A DNA stretch of 32,000 bases from positions 2,700,001 to 2,732,000 of the forward strand of contig NZ_CP045650.1 in the NCBI RefSeq assembly GCF_009557235.1. Direction: 5' to 3'. Position numbers and translations under genes: made by a program. The notes under the pieces are model-generated. The model worked only from the letters and a program-made list of their open reading frames with translations. It did not search any database and was not told where the DNA came from. The DNA comes from Acinetobacter wanghuae. Lineage in GTDB: Bacteria; Pseudomonadota; Gammaproteobacteria; Pseudomonadales; Moraxellaceae. This document shows, piece by piece, positions 17,449-27,323 of the stretch; the first letter of the stretch is position 1; the number at the start of each line of letters is the position of its first letter.

Positions 17449-20133
17449 ATGATTCAACAAATTGATGCGCCACTACGCGAAGACGTACGTTTACTGGGTA
17501 ACTTGCTCGGTGAAACTTTAAAGTTACATGCGGGGCAAGATTTGTTTAATCAGGTTGAACAGATTCGTGCTTTAGCCAAAGGCGCGCGCGATGGGCAAGT
17601 TGAAGCTGAAAAACAACTCGAACAGCTCTTTTTAAGCTTAGAAGATCAAGAAATTCTGCCTTTAACTCGCGCGTTCACCCATTTCCTGAACTTTGCCAAT
17701 ATTGCTGAGCAATATCATGTGGTACGTCGTCGTCGTCAAAGTGAATTTGATGAAGGCAGTGAATCGCCGAATCCCCTGATTCCATTATTTGAAAAATTCA
17801 AAGCCAAAGATATTTCCTCAGATCGACTGTTTAAACAAATTTGTGAACTGAAAATTGAGTTGGTGTTGACGGCACATCCAACGGAAGTGAGTCGTCGTAC
17901 TCTTATTCAAAAATATGATGGCATTAACAATTGCCTATCGAAATGCGATCAACAAAAACTTACCCCACGTGAACGCCAAGAAGTACTGGCTGAACTGAAA
18001 CAACTGATTACTTCTGCATGGCAAACTGATGAAATTCGCCAACATCGTCCAACCCCTGTAGATGAAGCAAAATGGGGCTTTACCACCATTGAGCAAACCT
18101 TGTGGAATGCCATTCCGAAGTTCATTCGTGAACTCAACGGCATGGTCCAAGATCAATGTGGTCAAGCACTGCCTTTAGATGTCGCACCTGTTCGTTTTGC
18201 ATCATGGATGGGCGGTGACCGTGATGGTAACCCCAATGTCAAACATCATATTACCCAAGAAGTGTTGTGGCTATCGCGTTGGAAAGCCGCTGATTTATAT
18301 CTGCGTGATATTGAAGACTTACGTTGGGAACTGTCCTTACAAAACTGTAGTGATGAAATCAAACAGGCATTAGGCAAAGATCATTCGGAACCGTATCGTG
18401 AATATTTACGTGATACGCGTGAACGTCTAAAAGCGACCCGTCATTGGTTGACTGAAAAATTGGCAGGTCGAGACAGCGATGATCGCCTCGTCATTAAAAC
18501 CAAAGATGAGCTATTGCAGCCTTTACTGACTTGCTATCGTTCATTAATTGAATGCAACTTGCCTGAAATTGCCAATGGTCGCTTGCTTGATTTTATTTAT
18601 CGGGTCAATAGCTTCGGGATTGAACTGCTTAAACTCGATATTCGGCAAGAATCGACACGTCATCGCCAAGCCATTTCAGCTATAACTGAATATTTAGGTT
18701 TAGGTAATTTTGAAACATGGACAGAACAAGCACGTCAAAACTTCTTATTGCAAGAATTACAAAGTAAACGTCCATTATTGCCTAAACACCTAAATGAACC
18801 TGCGGGCAGTTTGATTGAACATCCTGATGTCCAAGAAGTCTTTGCCACCATGCGGATCTTGGCCGAGCAACCAAGTGAATCTTTAGGTGCCTATATCATT
18901 TCAATGGCTGAACATCCAAGTGATGTGCTTGCTGTTCTACTTTTACAAAAAGAAGCAGGCATCAAATATCCGCTGCGTGTCGTGCCACTTTTTGAAACTT
19001 TAAAAGATTTGGATAGTGCTGCGAGTACCATGTCGACCTTATTTAATATGCATTGGTATAAACAGCATATTCAGGGCAAACATGAAGTCATGATTGGCTA
19101 TTCAGACTCTGCTAAAGATGCTGGCTTTATGTCTGCCAACTGGGCGCAATATCGTGCCCAAGAAGAACTCACCGCGATTGCCAAAACGCATGGGATACAA
19201 CTTACCCTGTTCCATGGTCGTGGCGGTTCAATCAGCCGTGGTGGCGCACCAACGCAGCAAGCTTTGTTCTCACAACCACCCGGCTCAATTTCAGGTGCAA
19301 TTCGTGTCACAGAACAAGGTGAAATGATCCGCTTTAAATTTGGTTTAGAAGAAATCGCGCTACAAAATCTTGAGATTTATACTGCTGCAACTTTAGAAGC
19401 AACATTATTGCCACCGCCAAATCCAAAACAGGAATGGCGTGATTTAATGCATCAAATGACAGATTTATCGGTTCAGGTGTATCGTCAAACCGTACGAGAT
19501 AATCCACATTTTGTAAAATACTTACGAACTGTAACCCCTGAACTTGAATTACAAATGTTGCCACTTGGTTCGCGCCCTGCTAAACGTAAAGTCAGTGGCG
19601 GTATTGAATCACTCCGCGCCATTCCTTGGGTATTTGCATGGACACAAATTCGTTTAATGCTTCCCGCGTGGCTTGGAACAGGCGCAGCACTCAATCAAGT
19701 ACTCGATCAAGGACAACGTGCAACGTTGGATGACATGCTTGCAGAATGGCCATATTTCCAAACCTTGATTGATATGTTGGAAATGGTACTGTCCAAAGCC
19801 GATCGTCATGTCGCGCTATATTATGAATCTCACCTGACGCAAGATGAAGACTTAAAAGTATTGGGTGAAGAATTGCGTCAACGTTTGCATGATGCTGTTC
19901 AAACGCTGTTAACCTTAAAAGGTGAGTCTAAATTGCTCAGCAGCAACGGCGTACTTGATCAATCAATGAAAGTACGTAAACCCTATTTGTTGCCGCTTCA
20001 TTTGCTACAAGCGGAGCTAATGAAACGTCGTCGAGCTTACTTACTTGAACAACATGCAGAACATACGCCTGTGGATCATGCACTGATGGTGAGTATTGCC
20101 GGAATTGCCGCAGGTTTACGTAATACAGGCTAA
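17449..20133 (+). CDS. ppc: phosphoenolpyruvate carboxylase
   Basis: 894 aa with signatures VLTAHPTE and GYSDSAKDAG and the canonical C-terminal ...NTG. Confidence 0.95.
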   Translation: MIQQIDAPLREDVRLLGNLLGETLKLHAGQDLFNQVEQIRALAKGARDGQVEAEKQLEQLFLSLEDQEILPLTRAFTHFLNFANIAEQYHVVRRRRQSEFDEGSESPNPLIPLFEKFKAKDISSDRLFKQICELKIELVLTAHPTEVSRRTLIQKYDGINNCLSKCDQQKLTPRERQEVLAELKQLITSAWQTDEIRQHRPTPVDEAKWGFTTIEQTLWNAIPKFIRELNGMVQDQCGQALPLDVAPVRFASWMGGDRDGNPNVKHHITQEVLWLSRWKAADLYLRDIEDLRWELSLQNCSDEIKQALGKDHSEPYREYLRDTRERLKATRHWLTEKLAGRDSDDRLVIKTKDELLQPLLTCYRSLIECNLPEIANGRLLDFIYRVNSFGIELLKLDIRQESTRHRQAISAITEYLGLGNFETWTEQARQNFLLQELQSKRPLLPKHLNEPAGSLIEHPDVQEVFATMRILAEQPSESLGAYIISMAEHPSDVLAVLLLQKEAGIKYPLRVVPLFETLKDLDSAASTMSTLFNMHWYKQHIQGKHEVMIGYSDSAKDAGFMSANWAQYRAQEELTAIAKTHGIQLTLFHGRGGSISRGGAPTQQALFSQPPGSISGAIRVTEQGEMIRFKFGLEEIALQNLEIYTAATLEATLLPPPNPKQEWRDLMHQMTDLSVQVYRQTVRDNPHFVKYLRTVTPELELQMLPLGSRPAKRKVSGGIESLRAIPWVFAWTQIRLMLPAWLGTGAALNQVLDQGQRATLDDMLAEWPYFQTLIDMLEMVLSKADRHVALYYESHLTQDEDLKVLGEELRQRLHDAVQTLLTLKGESKLLSSNGVLDQSMKVRKPYLLPLHLLQAELMKRRRAYLLEQHAEHTPVDHALMVSIAGIAAGLRNTG

Positions 20134-20145
20134 GAAAAATCATTC

Positions 20146-20180
20146 AAAAAAAAGCACATGAGCTCATGTGCTTTTTTTTT
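20146..20180. terminator. rho-independent terminator after ppc
   Basis: Perfect 20-nt palindrome AGCACATGAGCTCATGTGCT flanked by an A8 run and a T9 run. Confidence 0.85.
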
Positions 20181-20302
20181 AGCCAATCATTTCGATGCTT
20201 TTGTTTTGCAAATAACTCACATAAGAAATATTTATGAAAAATTAACCACATCAATCACTCTGTTAATCCCATGATTTAGCATTGTTTTAAGTATTTTAAA
20301 AC

Positions 20303-20320
20303 TTTTACCATACGGTAAAA
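20303..20320. promoter_or_regulatory. 18-bp perfect palindrome, candidate operator over the permease promoter -35
   Basis: TTTTACC-ATAC-GGTAAAA. A TATAAT hexamer sits at 20336-20341, so the right arm occupies the expected -35 position. Confidence 0.4.
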
Positions 20321-20397
20321 AAACAAATAAAGTCATATAATTAATTTGAACATTTTTTTTGCATGAATCATTAAATCTTATTAAAAACAGGAGTATG

Positions 20398-21729
20398 ATG
20401 TGCACAATTTATCATTTGAGTGCTCACTTTATGACCAGCTGGTTTCCTAAGTGGCGTCCTTATCAGGGCAATATTGATGCACAACCTGTAGGTACCGCAG
20501 AGTACTTACCACCCGCACAGACTGTGATTTTGGGTGTACAACATGCTTTTGCAATGTTTGGGGCGACCGTACTTGCGCCCTTCTTAATGGGCTTTGATCC
20601 AAATCTTGCCATTTTGATGTCAGGGATTTGTACCATTCTGTTTTTCATTATTACAGGTGGTCGCGTTCCAAGTTATTTAGGTTCGAGTTTTGCCTTTATT
20701 GGTGTGGTGATTGCCGCAACAGGGTTTGCTGGTGCAGGTTCACTCAATCCCAATATTGCGATTGCAGCTGGTGGGATCATTGCCTGTGGCATCTTGTATG
20801 CCTTAGTCGGCTTCTTGGTCATGGCAACCGGTACACGTTGGATTGAGAAACTTATGCCACCTGTGGTGACGGGTGCCGTCGTCATGATTATTGGTTTAAA
20901 CCTTGCACCTGTAACTGTAAAAGGCGTCATGGGCAATACATTTAATATGTGGATGTCCTTGGTTACTGTGATGTGTATGGGCTCAATCGCAGTCTTTACG
21001 CGTGGTTTGCTGCAACGTTTATTGTTATTGGTCGGCTTACTGTCTGCGTATTTGATCTATTTCGTTCTCAGCAATTTGATGGGTTACGGCACACCGATTA
21101 ACTTTACGCCTATTCAACAAGCCACATGGTTTGGTGTTCCAAACTTCCATGCGCCTGTATTTGACATCAATGCAATTCTCATTATTGCACCAATCGCACT
21201 GATTTTGGTTGCCGAAAACTTAGGTCATATTAAAGCAGTCGGTGCGATGACCGGTGAAAACCTCGATCCACATATTGGTAAAGCCTTTGTTGCCGATGGT
21301 ATTGCTACAACAATCGCTGGTGGCGTTGGTGCACCGGGTATGACCACCTATGGTGAAAACATTGGGGTGATGGCGGTGACACGCGTCTACTCCACCATCG
21401 TATTTGCGGTTGCTGGTGTCTTTGCTGTTTGTCTTGGTTTATCACCAAAGTTTGGTGCAATTATTCATACTATTCCAACGGCAATTTTAGCCGGTGCTTC
21501 AATTGTCGTCTTTGGTTTGATTACTATTGCCGGTGCAAAAATTTGGATTGAAAACAAAGTCGATTTCTCACAAAACAAAAACCTCATGGTCGCAGCTGTG
21601 ACGGTTATTTTAGGTACAGGTGACTTTGCACTTAGTTTCGGTAGCTTTAATTTGGGTGGGATTGGGACTGCAACCTTCGCTGCATTACTTTTAAATTGGT
21701 TCTTTGGTTTAGCCGATAAAAAAGCATAA
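20398..21729 (+). CDS. NCS2 (nucleobase:cation symporter-2) permease, RutG-like pyrimidine/uracil-xanthine permease
   Basis: Polytopic protein that matches my recollection of E. coli RutG (e.g. GVQHAFAMFGATVLAP, ITGGRVPSYLGSSFAF, ENLGHIKAV, TTYGENIGVMAVT). The start is uncertain. The track opens with TTG at 20359, AGGAG precedes ATG-ATG at 20395/20398, and ATG at 20431 (MTSWFPKW) aligns best with the RutG N-terminus. Confidence 0.85.
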   Translation: MCTIYHLSAHFMTSWFPKWRPYQGNIDAQPVGTAEYLPPAQTVILGVQHAFAMFGATVLAPFLMGFDPNLAILMSGICTILFFIITGGRVPSYLGSSFAFIGVVIAATGFAGAGSLNPNIAIAAGGIIACGILYALVGFLVMATGTRWIEKLMPPVVTGAVVMIIGLNLAPVTVKGVMGNTFNMWMSLVTVMCMGSIAVFTRGLLQRLLLLVGLLSAYLIYFVLSNLMGYGTPINFTPIQQATWFGVPNFHAPVFDINAILIIAPIALILVAENLGHIKAVGAMTGENLDPHIGKAFVADGIATTIAGGVGAPGMTTYGENIGVMAVTRVYSTIVFAVAGVFAVCLGLSPKFGAIIHTIPTAILAGASIVVFGLITIAGAKIWIENKVDFSQNKNLMVAAVTVILGTGDFALSFGSFNLGGIGTATFAALLLNWFFGLADKKA

Positions 21730-21742
21730 TCTATAAAAGATC

Positions 21743-21769
21743 AAAAGCAGCCGAATGGCTGCTTTTTTT
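21743..21769. terminator. rho-independent terminator after the permease gene
   Basis: GCAGCC-GAAT-GGCTGC stem-loop preceded by AAAA and followed by T7. Confidence 0.8.
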
Positions 21770-21822
21770 ATATCGGTATTATTGTTTAAGATAGAGCACT
21801 TGTTTTCATTCGGCTGACGCAG

Positions 21823-22728
21823 ATGCGTTTAGACTTTTTTGATTTAAATTTATTTTTAAATATTATGGACAGCGGCAGTTTCACCAAAGGTGCCGAGCGT
21901 TCTCATATCTCGTTACAAGCCGCCAGTGAACGCATTAAAAAACTTGAACAATACTTTCAAGTCAGTCTATTTACTCGTCATGCTGGCGGGGTCAAACTGA
22001 CCTTTGCCGGACAAGTCTTTGCCGAACATGCGCAAGCGATTTTGCAACAAGGACAACATCTACTTCGCGCGATGTCCCCTTTTAGCGAAGGACTCAATTC
22101 TAATATTTGCTTATGGTGTAATTCATCTGCGCAAAGTGAATATTTACCGCTTTTACTACCGAAATATTTAGTCAACAATCCCAATATTCAAATTGATTTA
22201 AAAGAAGCAGAGACCAATGATATTGTCACTGCTTTAGATAACGGAACTGCCAAACTGGGTTTAATTTCGAGCTTTTTCCCTGCGCCACAATTACAAACTT
22301 TAGAATTTTCAGATGATCCTTTAGTACTCATCTGCCCGCTACAACATGATTTAAGTCGCATTCAATCTTTAAAATTAGCAGATTGTCTGAATTATCCTTT
22401 TGTCGGTTTAATGCATTATCACTCATTGCAGCAGTCCATTGAAACGCAAGCCAAGTTACTGCATTGCGACATCCAGTATCGGTTAAGATTGCCAAATTTT
22501 GCTGCCATTGCTCAGGTGGTGGCCAATGGGGTTGGTATTGCCATCATGCCAAAACGAGCTGCACAGCGTTTAGCACAGCTCTATGCCTTTCAACAAATTG
22601 AATTAAGAGGCGATTGGGCAAATCGAAAACTCTTACTTGCAGCAAAAAACTTTGATGAGTTAAGTACTGCCTATCAACACTTTAGTCAGTTTTTACTCTC
22701 CAATGATGCACAAAAAGCCCTGCATTAA
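21823..22728 (+). CDS. LysR family transcriptional regulator
   Basis: N-terminal HTH region (LNLFLNIMDSGSFTKGAERSHISLQAASERIKKLE) plus a LysR substrate-binding domain. Confidence 0.8.
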   Translation: MRLDFFDLNLFLNIMDSGSFTKGAERSHISLQAASERIKKLEQYFQVSLFTRHAGGVKLTFAGQVFAEHAQAILQQGQHLLRAMSPFSEGLNSNICLWCNSSAQSEYLPLLLPKYLVNNPNIQIDLKEAETNDIVTALDNGTAKLGLISSFFPAPQLQTLEFSDDPLVLICPLQHDLSRIQSLKLADCLNYPFVGLMHYHSLQQSIETQAKLLHCDIQYRLRLPNFAAIAQVVANGVGIAIMPKRAAQRLAQLYAFQQIELRGDWANRKLLLAAKNFDELSTAYQHFSQFLLSNDAQKALH

Positions 22729-23462
22729 AACCAGCCCATTTGATGCGCGATCATATAGCTACCTAATGCAATCAAACCAATAAAAAAGACGGTACGAAAT
22801 TTTTGTTCTGGAATGCGATAACGAATTTTTTTACCTATGCCCATTCCAATTAAGGCAGGAATAAGTGCAATGGCAGACATGGTGTAGTCGATCGGCAGAT
22901 CTGCCACAGGGTTTTGATGCAGGAAAATGGCAAGACATAAGGTCGAGGTTGTAAAGGCTAAACCAAGTGCTTGTACCAGTTCATCACGCTTTAAATGCAA
23001 GGTCTGCAAATAGGGTACAACTGGTATGACGACAACACCTGTTGCCACCGTTAATGCACCACCCAAATAACCCACAATCGGTGACAACCAAGCTTGATGC
23101 TGACTGAGATTGGGCATTTTTTTGGCACATAACCCATATAGTCCATACAATGCCAACATGCCGCCCAATAAGGCTTCACTATGGAACTCGGAATGCCCTA
23201 AGGTCGGAAAGATACTCCAAACAGAACCGACCACAATACCAAGCAACAATGGCCAGAAACGTGTCATCAAACGCAGCACATGACCTTCGGCAAACAGTTG
23301 CCAAAAATTGGTCACCATTGAGGGAATAATTAACAGTGTCGCGGCTTGAAAAGGACTCATTGCCATGCTGAGTAGCCCCATTGAAACCGCAGGCAAACCT
23401 AAACCAATCGTACCTTTAATCATACCTGCGATTGTAAAAACGGCGATGACAAAAGCGACCAT
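22725..23462 (-). CDS. TSUP (TauE/SafE) family anion/sulfite exporter-like permease
   Basis: 245-aa protein with about 7-8 TM helices and the glycine-rich internal repeat pattern of TauE/SafE proteins. GGGAA SD. Confidence 0.8.
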   Translation of the reverse strand: MVAFVIAVFTIAGMIKGTIGLGLPAVSMGLLSMAMSPFQAATLLIIPSMVTNFWQLFAEGHVLRLMTRFWPLLLGIVVGSVWSIFPTLGHSEFHSEALLGGMLALYGLYGLCAKKMPNLSQHQAWLSPIVGYLGGALTVATGVVVIPVVPYLQTLHLKRDELVQALGLAFTTSTLCLAIFLHQNPVADLPIDYTMSAIALIPALIGMGIGKKIRYRIPEQKFRTVFFIGLIALGSYMIAHQMGWF

Positions 23463-23537
23463 GTGTTGTTCCCAAATCTATTTAGGCACATGCTATATAA
23501 ATTGCTGATTGAGCAAAATCAGGGTTTTAAGGATCAA

Positions 23538-23558
23538 GCCTCAAGCAAATATTGAGGC
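23538..23558 (-). terminator. weak hairpin downstream of the chorismate mutase gene
   Basis: GCCTCAA-N7-TTGAGGC, 60 nt after the stop. Only a poor U-tract follows on the minus strand. Confidence 0.3.
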
Positions 23559-23617
23559 TCTCATTGAAAGCATCTTTAGACGATTCATTAGATACGTTGT
23601 TTGATCAACCCAACAGA

Positions 23618-23905
23618 TTATGGACGGAATTCTTTGAGTTCGCGTTGAATAAAATACTTAAACATTTCACGATATAAATGTTCAACTGCATCTGCATCCA
23701 CACTATTGAGCTGCGCGTGGGCACGCACGTTTTCAATGACCTGTTCCATACGGTCAGGTGATTGCAAATCGGTTTCGGTTTTTTTAAAACGTGTGGTTTG
23801 GTCTACGTAAAATTGGCGTGCTGCAATCAGCTCGACAAGGGCTGTATCAATGGCATCAATCTGTTGGCGAGCATGTTGTAATGATTCAGCTTTAATTTTG
23901 TTCAT
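23618..23905 (-). CDS. AroQ-class chorismate mutase family protein (PchB-like size and pattern)
   Basis: 95 aa. The pattern L..AR..ID.ID..LV.L...R......T.RFK ... P.R......V is typical of small AroQ mutases and isochorismate-pyruvate lyases. Confidence 0.75.
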   Translation of the reverse strand: MNKIKAESLQHARQQIDAIDTALVELIAARQFYVDQTTRFKKTETDLQSPDRMEQVIENVRAHAQLNSVDADAVEHLYREMFKYFIQRELKEFRP

Positions 23906-23922
23906 GTTTATTCAGTTCACTT

Positions 23923-25209
23923 TCAGTTTAAATTATCACTCTTATACTTTTCTTCTAACACATTACTGAAAATACTTTCAATCATCCAAACGCGATATAA
24001 GCTATTGAATACAAAAATCTGATCATCAATACGCAGCTCAATCACGGGGAAGTTTGGCTGTGATTTCATCTCACACAGCATATCATTTTCTTGTAGCTTT
24101 GCTTGTATATCCGTGTACAGGAGTTCTGTAATGCCTAATTCTTGCTGTAAGGCTTTAAAATGCGGTGCATAAGACAGATCACGCCCTTTTGTCCATACCG
24201 CTTCTTGTATGCGATACATCGCCTCTATGCGCTCTTCTTCAGGGCAGCTATAAAACAGTTGTGCCATCGGCTCAATCGCCTGCGCGGTTGGACGACAAAA
24301 CGGCGTGAATTTGACACCCGTTCGTTTTGATAAGCGCGTCGCTAAACCCCAATCAAATCCATCTCGTCCGCGATAAGACAATGGATAAACATTCATATGA
24401 ATATTATAAAAATCAGCAAGTTCTTCTTTAATATAAGCCAACAATAACCACGAAATCGGGTCTTCGAGTGCGATATATAAATCCAATTCAGGATCTAATC
24501 CTTGGATTTCATTGAGCTCTTCGGCATCACTGATTAAATGTTCACGCCATTCAATATGATTAATTAAAAAGATCGGATTGCCCGTGAGTAATTTTTGTTG
24601 TTTTAGACGGCGCGTGAGACGCAATAAATCATCAACGGCGTGATACTGACGTCCACCAAATTTAAAATAACTGGCTAAGATTGGGGTTTCATCAAACACA
24701 CGTTCAGGAAAATGTTGCGCCTGATGCCGTTGGCTTGCCATTGAATGTAAGGTTCTTAATTTACCCGTTTGCTGCTGCCACAACATATGGAATACATCTT
24801 CGAGTAAATATAAGAAATCCTGTCCGCGTAATGGGGTATTTTTTAGAATAGTTTCGGCTTGTTTTAAGGCTTCTTCGCTCGGTAATTGTGGGGTTTCATG
24901 GAAACTAAAACGGTGCTGTTTAGATAAAATTTTGGCATCGTTGAGGCAATATTGCTGCCATTCGTCAAAGGACATATTATTCGGTGCTGGTGCTGGTGCA
25001 CTCGAAATAATAACTTTGAGCGGTTTTAATTCTGGACTTAAAATCTCTTCAAGCTGCGGCAGAAGTTGTACTGCCAAATAACTATACACATCATCGAGGC
25101 GCAAATGGATACTCAAACCATCCTCAATTGATAACACCGTTTGACGGGTCGGCTTTTGATAAAACCAACTCGATCGGAGTGGATCAAACCAACGGCGCAG
25201 CAGGGACAT
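23923..25209 (-). CDS. hypothetical protein with two tandem cysteine-less DsbA/HCCA-isomerase-like (thioredoxin-fold) domains
   Basis: The ORF opens with GTG at 25302 without an SD. The ATG at 25209 (MSLLRRWF) follows GAGG at 8 nt. The two halves align to each other (LSIHLRLDDVYSYLA vs LDLYIALEDPISWLL; FKFGGRQYHAVDDLLRL vs LRIDDQIFVFNSLYRVW). Both resemble the N- and C-terminal motifs of 2-hydroxychromene-2-carboxylate isomerase/DsbA-like proteins, and neither has CxxC. The CDS itself is likely real; the functional call is tentative. Confidence 0.55.
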   Translation of the reverse strand: MSLLRRWFDPLRSSWFYQKPTRQTVLSIEDGLSIHLRLDDVYSYLAVQLLPQLEEILSPELKPLKVIISSAPAPAPNNMSFDEWQQYCLNDAKILSKQHRFSFHETPQLPSEEALKQAETILKNTPLRGQDFLYLLEDVFHMLWQQQTGKLRTLHSMASQRHQAQHFPERVFDETPILASYFKFGGRQYHAVDDLLRLTRRLKQQKLLTGNPIFLINHIEWREHLISDAEELNEIQGLDPELDLYIALEDPISWLLLAYIKEELADFYNIHMNVYPLSYRGRDGFDWGLATRLSKRTGVKFTPFCRPTAQAIEPMAQLFYSCPEEERIEAMYRIQEAVWTKGRDLSYAPHFKALQQELGITELLYTDIQAKLQENDMLCEMKSQPNFPVIELRIDDQIFVFNSLYRVWMIESIFSNVLEEKYKSDNLN

Positions 25210-25448
25210 GAGTTTAGCCTCGATCATAAATGGTGCATTGACAGTATTAATATCTGTCTTGTTGCCATTTTTTAAAATGTGATAGTGGATGACATTATCC
25301 ACTTTATCTGCAAAAACTTATATCAATTCGAAACAAAATGATCAATATTTAACAGTCAGATTATACAACCCTATCAGTCAATCATAATTCAAGCACATGA
25401 TTATTGTATCTCATTCTATTTTGGATATTTATGCAAAACAGTGCCAAA

Positions 25449-25476
25449 TAAAAAAGCCCCCGATTGGGGACTTTTT
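25449..25476 (-). terminator. rho-independent terminator after ilvD
   Basis: AAAAAAGCCCCCGATTGGGGACTTTTT: a G/C stem with one mismatch, flanked by A and T runs. It lies 18 nt downstream of the ilvD stop. Confidence 0.65.
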
Positions 25477-25493
25477 ATCAAAAAAATTTCGGC

Positions 25494-27323
25494 TTAAAGT
25501 TCGCGTACCGCACCTTTTGAAGCGCTTGTGGTATGCATTGCATAGGCTTTCAAGGCTTTAGAGACTTTACGCGGACGCTCTTCCGCAGGATGCCAACCTT
25601 TGGCTTCCTGTGCTTCACGACGTGCAGCCATCACAGCATCATCTACTGCTAAGTGAATGGTACGGTTTGGAATATCAATTTCGATACGGTCGCCATCTTC
25701 AACCAGACCAATCGCACCGCCTTCAGCCGCTTCTGGAGACACGTGACCAATGGATAGACCTGATGAACCGCCAGAGAAACGACCATCGGTGAGTAAGGCA
25801 CAATCTTTGCCTAAACCTTTCGATTTTAAGTAACTGGTTGGGTAAAGCATTTCTTGCATACCCGGACCACCGCGTGGACCTTCGTAGCGAATAACAACCA
25901 CATCGCCTGCGGTAATTTTGCCACCCAAAATTGCTTCTACTGCACTGTCTTGGCTTTCAAAGACACGTGCTGTACCGTTGAACTTCAGAATTGAATCATC
26001 CACCCCTGCTGTTTTTACGATACAACCATCGAGTGCGATATTACCGTACAGCACAGCCAAACCACCATCTTGTGAAAAGGCATTGGCAACATTACGAATC
26101 ACACCATTTTCACGGTCGCCATCAAGACGTGAGTAGTAACGATCTTGTGAGAATGCCGTTTGTGTGGGTACGCCGCCCGGCGCTGATTTAAAGAAGGTAT
26201 AAACGTCTTGATCTTCAGTACGGATGATGTCCCATTTATCTAGCGCATCTTTGAGCGTTGCTTCGTGAACCGTTGGTACAGATGTATCCAATAAACCTGC
26301 ACGGTCTAATTCGCCAAGAATCGACATGATGCCACCAGCACGGTGTACATCTTCCATATGCACGTCTTGTTTTGCCGGTGCAACTTTACAGAGTACAGGT
26401 ACTTTACGTGACAAACGGTCAATGTCCGTCATGGTAAAGTCAACTTCCGCTTCATGTGCTGCTGCCAACAAGTGAAGAACAGTGTTGGTTGAACCCCCCA
26501 TTGAAATATCAAGCGTCATCGCATTTTCAAATGCAGCTTTAGTCGCGATCGAACGTGGCAACAAGCTGTAATCGTTTTGTTCATAATGACGCTTGGTGAT
26601 TTCAACAATCAGCTGACCTGCGCGCTCGAATAACTTTTTACGATTCGCATGCGTTGCAAGGGTTGAACCATTCCCCGGTAACGACAGACCTAATGCTTCT
26701 GTTAAGCAGTTCATTGAGTTCGCGGTGAACATACCTGAACATGAACCACAGGTTGGACATGCAGAGCGCTCGTAAGCCGCCACTTCTTCATCGGTGAAGC
26801 TATCATCGGCTGCCACAACCATGGCATCGACAAGGTCAATGGCATGTTCATTACCACGGATTTTAACTTTACCCGCTTCCATTGGACCGCCAGACACAAA
26901 GACCACTGGAATATTCAGACGCATTGCTGCCATCAACATCCCGGGGGTGATTTTGTCACAGTTTGAAATGCAGACCATGGCATCTGCACAATGGGCATTG
27001 ACCATGTATTCAACGGAGTCTGCAATTAAGTCACGTGAAGGCAATGAATACAGCATGCCATCATGACCCATCGCAATACCGTCATCCACAGCAATGGTAT
27101 TAAATTCTTTTGCCACACCGCCTGACGCTTCAATTTGACGTGCGACCAATTGACCGAGGTCTTTCAGATGCACATGACCTGGCACAAATTGCGTAAATGA
27201 GTTTACCACCGCAATAATCGGTTTTCCGAAGTCGTCATCTTTCATACCAGTTGCGCGCCATAAGCCACGCGCACCCGCCATATTTCTTCCGTGTGTCGAT
27301 GTTTTTGAACGATAGTCAGGCAT
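25494..27323 (-). CDS. ilvD: dihydroxy-acid dehydratase
   Basis: IlvD/Edd signatures ([27 protein letters not shown]). The ORF extends to 27371, but the ATG at 27323 ([26 protein letters not shown]) is the canonical N-terminus. Confidence 0.95.
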   Translation of the reverse strand: MPDYRSKTSTHGRNMAGARGLWRATGMKDDDFGKPIIAVVNSFTQFVPGHVHLKDLGQLVARQIEASGGVAKEFNTIAVDDGIAMGHDGMLYSLPSRDLIADSVEYMVNAHCADAMVCISNCDKITPGMLMAAMRLNIPVVFVSGGPMEAGKVKIRGNEHAIDLVDAMVVAADDSFTDEEVAAYERSACPTCGSCSGMFTANSMNCLTEALGLSLPGNGSTLATHANRKKLFERAGQLIVEITKRHYEQNDYSLLPRSIATKAAFENAMTLDISMGGSTNTVLHLLAAAHEAEVDFTMTDIDRLSRKVPVLCKVAPAKQDVHMEDVHRAGGIMSILGELDRAGLLDTSVPTVHEATLKDALDKWDIIRTEDQDVYTFFKSAPGGVPTQTAFSQDRYYSRLDGDRENGVIRNVANAFSQDGGLAVLYGNIALDGCIVKTAGVDDSILKFNGTARVFESQDSAVEAILGGKITAGDVVVIRYEGPRGGPGMQEMLYPTSYLKSKGLGKDCALLTDGRFSGGSSGLSIGHVSPEAAEGGAIGLVEDGDRIEIDIPNRTIHLAVDDAVMAARREAQEAKGWHPAEERPRKVSKALKAYAMHTTSASKGAVREL

